Positions 38,036 to 45,236 of a DNA stretch of 45,236 nt are shown here, piece by piece. The stretch covers positions 1 through 45,236 of the forward strand of contig JAYUJG010000224.1 of NCBI GenBank assembly GCA_043765355.1. Reading direction: 5' to 3'. Below the pieces are notes generated by a model that did not search any database, was not told the DNA's origin, and was given only the letters and a program-made list of their open reading frames with translations. The translations under genes were made by a program, and so were the position numbers. The stretch is from Acidobacteriaceae bacterium. Lineage in GTDB: Bacteria > Acidobacteriota > Terriglobia > Terriglobales > Acidobacteriaceae. Position 1 is the stretch's first letter. Each line of letters opens with the position of its first letter.

Positions 38036-39694
38036 ATGGCCGATTACATATATACGTTAGAAACCCGGCTCTCGCCGGATCAGCAGAAGGCAGTCACCCT
38101 CGTTTCCGGCGCCGCCAAAGCGGCTGGAATGAACCTCTATCTCACCGGTGGCGCCATTCGTGACATTATTTCCGGCTTCCCGATTCGCGATCTGGATTTC
38201 ACGGTTCAGGGAAACGCGCTCAAGCTGCAAAAAGACCTGGAACGCGCCGGAGCGGTGATTGGCGACGCAGACAACGACACGCGCTCGCTGCTGCTGACTT
38301 TGCCGGGCGCAGTGCGAGCCGAAATTTCCATGGCCCGCTCCGAGCACTATGACAAGCCGGGCAAGGCTCCGCAGATGGCTCCGGCGACGATTATCGAAGA
38401 TCTGCGGCGGCGCGATTTCACCGTCAACGCGATGGCCTTGTCCTTGAACGAAGGATCGCGCGGGCTGTTGATGGATCCCTTCAACGGCGCGGCCGACATT
38501 GAAGCCAAAGTGATTCGCGTTTTGCATAACTACGCGTTTCTTGAAGATCCGTCGCGGATGATTCGCGCCACGCGCTTTACGACTCGTTTTCACTGGCCGC
38601 TCGAAGAGCGGACGCTGGCGCGTTACGAGTCGGGCAAAGAAAATAATTACATCGAGCACATCCGCAGCGTGAGCATTGGGCACGAGATTGAACAGTTGGC
38701 GTATGAAGACGACGCTCTCGGTGTTTTGAAGGCATATGAAAAAGAGGGATGGCTCAAGGTATTGAATTCGCGCTGGAGTTCGGCTAAGGCTGACACGTCC
38801 GGATTGGGCGCGCTGATGAAGACGCGGCAGCAGATGAACGAGCTCGGTTATACGCCGGAAGTTGCGCCCGCCGTGCTCCACTTCCTCACTGAGCGGCTCG
38901 GCGACAAGGATATTTCGGATTTGCGGAAGGCGATTCCGCGCAAGGATCTGGTCGAGGCCTGGAAGGATCTCGATGCAAATGCGCACTCACTCGCCAAGCG
39001 ATTGTCGGGCAAGGAAGCGGCCACGCCTTCGCGGACATGGCAATTGTTGTCGTCGGCTCGTCCGGAGATGATTCTGTTTCTGGCGATCACGGCGCGCCAG
39101 CAAGCGGTGCAGCAGAAGATCAAGAATTTCTTTACGAAGTGGCGGCAGGTGCAGCAGAAGGTTCCATTGCTGGAGATGACCGAACTCCGTATCACGGCGC
39201 AAATGCCGGCATATCCCAAGATTGCGCACGATGTGTTCCTGTTGTTGCTGGATGGCAAGCTGCGTTCGCGGACGGAGATCTTGAAATTTTTGAAGCCGCT
39301 GGCGCCTCCACCACCTCCACCGCCGCCACCCCCGCCGGCGAAGCGGGGAAGAGGGGCTAAGGCTGCGGCTGCCGTGGCAGCGCCAGTTGTGGTTCCGGTT
39401 GGCAAGCCGGGCAAGGGGAAGGGGAAAGTTGCAGCGGCTCCAGTTGCTGCAGTCGCTGAGAAGATTGTGGTGGCGAAGGCCGTCGGGGGCAAGAGTGCTC
39501 CGGCAGCGAAGCCGGCAGTGCCGGTGAAGGCGGCGGCGTCGGCAAAACCGGTTGTCGCGGCTTCCAAGGCGAGCCCGTCGGCGAAAGCTCCTGTGATCAA
39601 GAAGGCGAGCAAACCGGCGAAGTCTGCAAAGACGTCGGCGAAGGCAAAAACGAAAACGCCCGCGAAGAAGCCTGCGAAGAAGAAGGGTAAGTAA
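38036..39694 (+). CDS. class II nucleotidyltransferase (poly(A) polymerase / CCA-adding family) with a Pro11 run and an Ala/Lys/Pro-rich histone-H1-like C-terminal tail
   Basis: 552 aa. Head-domain motifs are LYLTGGAIRDIISGFPIRDLDFTV, RRDFTVNAMAL and FLEDPSRMIRATRF. From aa 424 there are PPPPPPPPPPP, then AKRGRGAKAAAA...KPAKSAKTSAKAKTKTPAKKPAKKKGK. Confidence 0.85.
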   Translation: MADYIYTLETRLSPDQQKAVTLVSGAAKAAGMNLYLTGGAIRDIISGFPIRDLDFTVQGNALKLQKDLERAGAVIGDADNDTRSLLLTLPGAVRAEISMARSEHYDKPGKAPQMAPATIIEDLRRRDFTVNAMALSLNEGSRGLLMDPFNGAADIEAKVIRVLHNYAFLEDPSRMIRATRFTTRFHWPLEERTLARYESGKENNYIEHIRSVSIGHEIEQLAYEDDALGVLKAYEKEGWLKVLNSRWSSAKADTSGLGALMKTRQQMNELGYTPEVAPAVLHFLTERLGDKDISDLRKAIPRKDLVEAWKDLDANAHSLAKRLSGKEAATPSRTWQLLSSARPEMILFLAITARQQAVQQKIKNFFTKWRQVQQKVPLLEMTELRITAQMPAYPKIAHDVFLLLLDGKLRSRTEILKFLKPLAPPPPPPPPPPPAKRGRGAKAAAAVAAPVVVPVGKPGKGKGKVAAAPVAAVAEKIVVAKAVGGKSAPAAKPAVPVKAAASAKPVVAASKASPSAKAPVIKKASKPAKSAKTSAKAKTKTPAKKPAKKKGK

Positions 39695-39732
39695 GGCCTT
39701 TCTAGTGCAAGATAGTGTCCTCGCGTGGTGAT

Positions 39733-39765
39733 GGGGTTCCGCCCCGTCCAGCGGGGCGGAACCCC
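39733..39765 (+). terminator. 13-bp perfect GC-rich stem-loop after the nucleotidyltransferase gene
   Basis: ggggttccgcccc-gtccagc-ggggcggaacccc lies 39 nt after the stop. No T-tract follows. Confidence 0.45.
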
Positions 39766-39977
39766 GCTTCCACACGATCATTGTGAATCGATGCCTAGCG
39801 TGCTCGTCGCTTCAGCGAAAATGCATCTCGACACGGGAGAGAAGAACAGTCCCACGCACGATTCTGCCAGTGCTGTTTTTGCACCGCTTTCAGGCATTGC
39901 GTGATTTTCTCCAGCCAGTAGAATGAATCGATCGGCTTACAGCTCGCAACGCGCAGCTCTCGGCCCACAGCTCAAAA

Positions 39978-42900
39978 ATGACCCGAACTGAATTCGTCCA
40001 CCTGCATCTGCACAGCGATTACTCTTTGCTCGACGGCGCTTGCGACGTTGAAAAACTGGTCGAACGCGTGCACGAACTCGGCATGCCCGCCGTGGCGATG
40101 ACGGACCACGGAAATATTTTTGGCGCGGTGCACTTCGTGAACGCCGCGCACAAGGTGGGAGTCAAACCGATCGTCGGATGTGAGCTTTACATTTGCAAAA
40201 AAGACGACCACGTCATTACCCGCACTCCTCCTGACGGCGATACCTATAACCATCTGCTCGTACTCGCTGAAAATGAAGAAGGCTACCGCAACCTGGTGAA
40301 GATAACGTCGGAGGCTTCTCTGCGCGGCTTTTACTACAAGCCGCGTGTGAGTAAGCAATTTCTGGCGGAGCATTCGCGAGGGTTAATTGGGCTTTCCGGA
40401 TGCCTGAAGGGCGAGGTGGCCGAGCGTCTGACGGAAGGGAACTACGACGCGGCGCGCGCGGCGGCCGGATTCTACCGCGATCTTTTTGGCAAAGATAATT
40501 TCTTCCTTGAGATCCAGGATCAGGGACTCGAGATGGAGCACCGCATCCACGGCGGGCTGTTTCAGTTGGAAAAAGAGATCGGCCTGCCCATGGTCGCAAC
40601 CAACGACAGCCACTATCTCTGCGAAGACGACGCGCACGCGCAGGATGTGATGCTGTGCATTCAGACCGGCAAGTCGATCCAAGAGACGAACCGGATGAAG
40701 TTTGAGGGCACCCAGTTCTTCGTCAAGAACGGCGATGAAATGTTGCGCGTGTTTAAGGATGCGCCGCAAGTGCTGTCGCGGACGATGGCGATTGCCGAGC
40801 GCTGCAATCTTCGGTTGGAGAAAGTCCCCAGTCCGTTTCCACATTTCGATGTTCCAGACGGATTCACGCTCGATAGTTATTTTGAGCACACTACGCGGCA
40901 GGGATTTGCGCGCCGCATGGAGAATCTGCGCAAGCCTTCCGCCAGCGGCAAACTGAAACATTCGGTGGCGGAGTACGAGCAACGGCTGGCGCGCGAGATC
41001 GGCATCATCCAGCAGATGAAGTTCTCGGGCTATTTTCTGATTGTGTGGGATTTTATTCGCTACGCGCGTGAACGCGGCATTCCCGTGGGGCCTGGCCGTG
41101 GATCGGCGGCGGGCGCGGTGGTTGCGTATTCACTGGGGATTACCGACATCGATCCGCTGCAACATGAGCTTCTTTTCGAAAGATTCCTGAATCCCGAACG
41201 TATTTCCATGCCGGATATCGATATTGACTTCTGCATGAACCGGCGCGGGGAAGTGATCGAATACGTCACACACAAATATGGGCGCGACAATGTCGCACAG
41301 ATTATTACGTTCGGCACGATGGCTGCGAAAGCGGCGATCAAGGACGTTGGCCGGGCAATGGACATGCCCTACAGCGATGTGGATCGTATCGCGAAAATGG
41401 TGCCAACGACGCTGAATATCAAACTGGACGATGCCTTGACGGAATCGGCAGCGCTGCAAGAGGCGTATCAGAAAGATCCACAGGTCCGGCAGTTGATGGA
41501 CACGGCGCGCAAGCTGGAAGGGCTGGTGCGGAATTCCGGTGTGCATGCGGCGGGAGTCGTGATTTCTCCGCGGCCTTTGACTGATCTGGTTCCGCTACAC
41601 AAAACCAAAAACAACGAAATCGTTACGGCGTTTGACATGGTGGCCATCGAAAAGATGGGCCTGTTGAAAATGGATTTTCTGGGGCTGACGACGCTGACCA
41701 TTCTCGACGACACCTTGAAGCTGATCGCGCAGAAGGGGACGACGGTCAACCTTGACGACATTGAACTCGAAGATGTCGAGACGTATCAGAAAGTTTTCCA
41801 TCGGGGATTAACGTCAGGCGTGTTTCAGTTTGAATCGTCGGGCATGAGAGACGTTTTGCGGCGATATCAACCGAACACGATTGAGGATCTCACGGCTTTG
41901 AATGCGCTCTACCGGCCTGGTCCAATTCAGGGCGGCATGATTGACGACTTTATCGAGCGCAAGCATGGGCGGCGAAAGATCGAATACGAACTGCCGGAAC
42001 TGAAGGAGATTTTGCTGGAGACGCTGGGCGTTTTTGTTTACCAGGAACAGGTCATGCAGGCGGCGAATAAGCTCGCGGGCTACTCTCTGGGCGAAGCGGA
42101 TTTGCTGCGGCGCGCCATGGGCAAGAAAAATGCCGAAGAGATGGCCAAGCAGCGCGAGCGTTTTGTGCAGGGAGCGACGCACAACGGATTCCCTCCAAGG
42201 AAGATTGAAAAGATTTTCGATTTGATGGCGCAGTTCGCCGGATACGGCTTTAACAAATCGCACTCGGCGGCTTACGCGCTGCTGGCGTTTCACACGGCGT
42301 ATTTGAAAACGCATCATCCGCTCGACTTCATGGCTGCGCTGCTGACCTCAGTGACGGGCAGCACCGATGACGTGGTGAAGTACATCAACGAATGCCGCGA
42401 GATGGGGATTGCGGTTGAGCCTCCGGATATTAACGTGAGCGACGCGAACTTTACGCCGCATGGGCAGGCGATTCGGTTTGGGCTGGCGGCGGTGAAAAAC
42501 GTCGGCGGAAATGCCATCGAGTCGATCGTTGCGGGGCGGAAAAAACTCGGGCGACATTTCAAGTCGTTTTATGAATTCTGCGAGATTGTCGATCTGCGGC
42601 TGTTGAATAAGCGCGTATTGGAATCGCTGATTAAGAGCGGTGCGATGGATTGTTTCGGGCGTCGTTCCCAGCTCATGCAGGCGCTCGACACGGCGATCGA
42701 GCAGGCCCAGAAAGCGCAGCGCGATGCAGAGTCGGGTCAGCATGGGCTGTTTGGTGTGTTTGCCGACGAAACGGCGCAAGAAGCGAGCGATGCTCTGCCC
42801 AATACTCCCGATTGGGATGAACATACTCGGCTTACGGCGGAGAAAGAAATTCTCGGATTCTTTATTACCGGGCATCCAATGGAAAAGTACAAAGACAAGT

Positions 42901-43466
42901 TGGCCGACTTGAACGCGCTCTCGACGGAAGAGATTGGTGCGCTGAAGAAATCTACGGCTAAAGACGAGACAATTTTGACGGCGGGCTTAATTTCTGGCTT
43001 GCGTGTTTCAAAATCTCGAAAGGGCGATCTCTGGGCGCAGGCGGCGCTCGAAGACATGTTCGGGAAAGTGGAACTGCTGGTGTTTCCTGACGCCTACAGA
43101 AAACTTGCGGAGAAGGTGAAGCTGGAAGTGCCGGTGCTGATCCGCGGCGGCGTGCGGATTGAGGAAGGCGCGAATCCAAAGATCACGGCCAACGATATTA
43201 CTCCGCTCGACGAAGCGCGCGTGCCGTTGCCGAAAACGCTTCGCATACGGATTCCACTGGAGAGCGCGACCGACACGATGGTTGATGCGCTGCACGCGCT
43301 TTGCAGCGAGCGCAAGGGCGAAGCAAAAGTGCTCTTTGACGTGGAGCGCGAAGGCGATTTCATGGTGGTGATGGAAGCCGAAGGCTATAATGTGATGCCG
43401 GACCGCACTTTTAGAGGTCGTGTGGAGGAGCTGTGCGGGCGCGGGAGCGTACGCGTCATTAGTTGA
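39978..43466 (+). CDS. dnaE: DNA polymerase III alpha subunit
   Basis: 1162 aa. The PHP domain starts FVHLHLHSDYSLLDGA, followed by the Pol IIIalpha core (GPGRGSAAGAVVAYSLGITDIDP and PDIDIDF) and an OB-fold C-terminus. Confidence 0.97.
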   Translation: MTRTEFVHLHLHSDYSLLDGACDVEKLVERVHELGMPAVAMTDHGNIFGAVHFVNAAHKVGVKPIVGCELYICKKDDHVITRTPPDGDTYNHLLVLAENEEGYRNLVKITSEASLRGFYYKPRVSKQFLAEHSRGLIGLSGCLKGEVAERLTEGNYDAARAAAGFYRDLFGKDNFFLEIQDQGLEMEHRIHGGLFQLEKEIGLPMVATNDSHYLCEDDAHAQDVMLCIQTGKSIQETNRMKFEGTQFFVKNGDEMLRVFKDAPQVLSRTMAIAERCNLRLEKVPSPFPHFDVPDGFTLDSYFEHTTRQGFARRMENLRKPSASGKLKHSVAEYEQRLAREIGIIQQMKFSGYFLIVWDFIRYARERGIPVGPGRGSAAGAVVAYSLGITDIDPLQHELLFERFLNPERISMPDIDIDFCMNRRGEVIEYVTHKYGRDNVAQIITFGTMAAKAAIKDVGRAMDMPYSDVDRIAKMVPTTLNIKLDDALTESAALQEAYQKDPQVRQLMDTARKLEGLVRNSGVHAAGVVISPRPLTDLVPLHKTKNNEIVTAFDMVAIEKMGLLKMDFLGLTTLTILDDTLKLIAQKGTTVNLDDIELEDVETYQKVFHRGLTSGVFQFESSGMRDVLRRYQPNTIEDLTALNALYRPGPIQGGMIDDFIERKHGRRKIEYELPELKEILLETLGVFVYQEQVMQAANKLAGYSLGEADLLRRAMGKKNAEEMAKQRERFVQGATHNGFPPRKIEKIFDLMAQFAGYGFNKSHSAAYALLAFHTAYLKTHHPLDFMAALLTSVTGSTDDVVKYINECREMGIAVEPPDINVSDANFTPHGQAIRFGLAAVKNVGGNAIESIVAGRKKLGRHFKSFYEFCEIVDLRLLNKRVLESLIKSGAMDCFGRRSQLMQALDTAIEQAQKAQRDAESGQHGLFGVFADETAQEASDALPNTPDWDEHTRLTAEKEILGFFITGHPMEKYKDKLADLNALSTEEIGALKKSTAKDETILTAGLISGLRVSKSRKGDLWAQAALEDMFGKVELLVFPDAYRKLAEKVKLEVPVLIRGGVRIEEGANPKITANDITPLDEARVPLPKTLRIRIPLESATDTMVDALHALCSERKGEAKVLFDVEREGDFMVVMEAEGYNVMPDRTFRGRVEELCGRGSVRVIS

Positions 43467-43505
43467 TCCGCGAAGGAACCAAATGAAATCGAACCGAACC
43501 GGCCA

Positions 43506-44618
43506 ATGAGTCGAGACAAAATAAAGCGGGCAGAGAAGGTAGTTCCAATCGGAAATGGCGAGGAAAACACCGGTGTCACCGGGACCAACTTCCTGCTTCC
43601 AATTGTGGAAGCGCCTCGTACGCGAAAGAATGAAAACGTCATCAAGATGGATTCTAAGATGGATGCTGGAAGAAAAGCGCAGCAGGAACTGGGCAAGATC
43701 GAAGAGCAGATCACGCGGCTGCAGGCAGTCGAAGGGCAGAACGCGGAGGCGCTTCGTCAGATCGAACAGTTGAATCAGAGGGTAAACGACCTCCGTCGCG
43801 AAATTTCTTCGCACTTGAATGCCTGGGAGCGCACCGAACTGGCGCGGCATCCGCAGCGCCCTTACACGCTGGATTACGTCGAACGGATTTTTACCGATTG
43901 GAGCGAAATCCACGGCGATCGCGGCTTTCGCGACGACCCTGCAATCGTCTGCGGCATGGCGCGCTTTCATGGGGAGGAAGTCGTGGTCATCGGCCAACAG
44001 AAAGCGCGTGACGCGAAACAGCGCGTCTATCGCAACTTTGGCATGCCTCATCCGGAGGGATATCGGAAAGCGCTGCGGGTGATGAAAATCGCCGAGAAGT
44101 TTAAGCGCCCGGTGATTACGTTTGTGGATACTGACGGCGCCTATCCCGGCTTGCACGCCGAAGAACGCGGGCAGGGAGAAGCGATTGCCAGGAATTTACT
44201 TGAGATGGCGCGGCTCGAAGTGCCGATCATTGCGACCGTGATTGGAGTTGGCGGCAGTGGAGGAGCGCTGGCGATTGCGGTGGCCGATCGCGTGTTGATG
44301 ATGGAGAATTCGGTGTACTCGGTGATTTCACCAGAAGGATGCGCGTCGATCATGTGGCGCGACGCTAGCAAGAAAGATCTGGCCGCTGAGGCAATGAAGA
44401 TCACCGCGAAAGACTTGAACGAACTCGGCTGTATCGATGGCATCGTTACGGAACCCGCAGGAGGCGCGCACACCGACCATGCGCAGGCCGCGGAGTTGCT
44501 GGATGCGGCGCTGCAACAACATTTGGCGGCGATCAGGAAAATGCCGATCGGTGAGTTACTTGAAGCCCGCTACCAGAAATTCCGCAATATGGCGCAGGTG
44601 TTTCAGTTGGAAGCGTAG
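43506..44618 (+). CDS. accA: acetyl-CoA carboxylase carboxyltransferase alpha subunit
   Basis: LARHPQRPYTLDY, RFHGEEVVVIGQQKA, GMPHPEGYRKALRVMKIAEKFKRPVITFVDTDGAYPG and GSGGALAIAV. The N-terminus is about 50 aa longer than typical, so the true start may be the internal ATG at 43647. Confidence 0.9.
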   Translation: MSRDKIKRAEKVVPIGNGEENTGVTGTNFLLPIVEAPRTRKNENVIKMDSKMDAGRKAQQELGKIEEQITRLQAVEGQNAEALRQIEQLNQRVNDLRREISSHLNAWERTELARHPQRPYTLDYVERIFTDWSEIHGDRGFRDDPAIVCGMARFHGEEVVVIGQQKARDAKQRVYRNFGMPHPEGYRKALRVMKIAEKFKRPVITFVDTDGAYPGLHAEERGQGEAIARNLLEMARLEVPIIATVIGVGGSGGALAIAVADRVLMMENSVYSVISPEGCASIMWRDASKKDLAAEAMKITAKDLNELGCIDGIVTEPAGGAHTDHAQAAELLDAALQQHLAAIRKMPIGELLEARYQKFRNMAQVFQLEA

Positions 44619-44780
44619 ATTTTGTTAAGCCGCGAGAAGTTAGTTTTGAGGCATGCTTTGGCATATACCGTTTGGCCGTAAACGTGCCATTGGATATCTC
44701 GAAAAACCTCCAACTTTCACTAAAACAACTCCAAGTGCCGGCTCCATTCGGGCTGCCATTGCTCTTGAAATGTTGGTTGT

Positions 44781-44794
44781 GATATCATGATATC
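44781..44794. promoter_or_regulatory. 14-bp perfect palindrome overlapping the likely vapBC promoter (candidate antitoxin operator)
   Basis: GATATCATGATATC is self-complementary. TTGAAA at 44765-44770 lies 17 nt before TGATAT (44788-44793). SD GGAAGGAG is at 44805-44812. Confidence 0.4.
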
Positions 44795-44817
44795 GCAATC
44801 ATATGGAAGGAGTTTTT

Positions 44818-45066
44818 ATGGCCCAACTCGTGGTCCGCAATATCGAGAATTCGGTCAAGGCTCGCTTGCAGAGCCGTGCCCGTCGCAACGGTCACAGCAT
44901 GGAAGAAGAGATACGCGATATCCTTCGCGACGCTGCGGTTGAAGACCCTTCTTCGGCTAGCGGACTAGGGAAAGAAATCGCCAGTTTGTTCGTCAAAATC
45001 GGTCTAGAGCGCGACATCCCTGAACTTAAAGGACACCAGATTAAACCCTTCGATTTCGAGTCATGA
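44818..45066 (+). CDS. vapB: ribbon-helix-helix antitoxin (VapB/FitA-like)
   Basis: MAQLVVRNIENSVKARLQSRARRNGHSMEEEIRDILRDA is the FitA/Arc-type RHH pattern. I chose ATG 44818 because the 44803 ATG overlaps the SD. Confidence 0.8.
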   Translation: MAQLVVRNIENSVKARLQSRARRNGHSMEEEIRDILRDAAVEDPSSASGLGKEIASLFVKIGLERDIPELKGHQIKPFDFES

Positions 45067-45236
45067 TCATTCTGGACACGAACGTCCTGTCGGCGCTGAT
45101 GAGGCGCGCGCCTGAAAAGGCCGTTGTCGGTTGGCTTGACCGGCAACCTCGCACCTCGATTTGGACGACTTCAGTGACGATCCTTGAAGTTCGTTTTGGA
45201 TTGCAGATTCTGGCCGCCGGAAAGCGGCGCACTATG
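45063..45236 (+). CDS. vapC: PIN-domain toxin (VapC/FitB-like), truncated by the window edge
   Basis: Absent from the ORF track because there is no stop. ATG overlaps the antitoxin stop (ATGA). The translation is MIILDTNVLSALMRRAPEKAVVGWLDRQPRTSIWTTSVTILEVRFGLQILAAGKRRT.., a typical PIN N-terminus with the first acidic residue in ILDTN. Confidence 0.8.
   Translation, partial: MIILDTNVLSALMRRAPEKAVVGWLDRQPRTSIWTTSVTILEVRFGLQILAAGKRRTM

Noticed and set aside
38848-39781. Two long minus-strand ORFs (254 and 264 aa) opposite the tail of the nucleotidyltransferase
   Set aside because: Their Gly/Ala-rich and Arg-rich translations are the antisense image of the low-complexity Ala/Lys/Pro tail. The plus-strand frame is continuous with a motif-bearing enzyme domain.
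43008-44156. 382-aa minus-strand ORF
   Set aside because: It is antisense across the dnaE/accA junction. It has no motifs and is an Arg/His-rich shadow ORF.

Overview
High-GC (about 60%) bacterial chromosomal segment, mostly housekeeping. On gene content and repeat style it is probably Acidobacteriota, which is inference only. I support about 40 protein-coding genes, one decayed pseudogene, no tRNA, rRNA, CRISPR or IS element, and three kinds of intergenic palindromic (REP-like) repeat. Clear calls are dnaE, accA, lpxD, ribF, dapF-ldcA-mpl-plsC (peptidoglycan recycling and lipid), mtnP, osmC, ygfZ, an ECF sigma factor, an MgtC-family protein, MFS and EamA transporters, and a vapBC-type toxin-antitoxin pair cut by the right edge. 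A STAS-domain gene cut by the left edge is missing from the ORF track. The most interesting locus is the minus-strand operon at 9017-14083. It encodes an Ftr1/EfeU-type iron permease fused to a DUF2318-like Cys-rich domain, two MacB/FtsX-type permeases, and an ABC ATPase whose C-terminus is a DtxR/IdeR-like metal-sensor module with conserved metal ligands. There is no P19 or thioredoxin partner. The long leader carries an AT-rich operator-like palindrome, a four-fold TGTAAAC motif and a REP hairpin. Other points of note: a GH18 chitinase-like pseudogene, a class II nucleotidyltransferase with a Pro11 run and a histone-H1-like tail, a lower-GC two-orphan-gene pocket bracketed by inverted REP copies, and a four-gene cluster with an orphan FtsX permease. 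All calls come from reading the sequence and the ORF translations by eye. No database searches were run.
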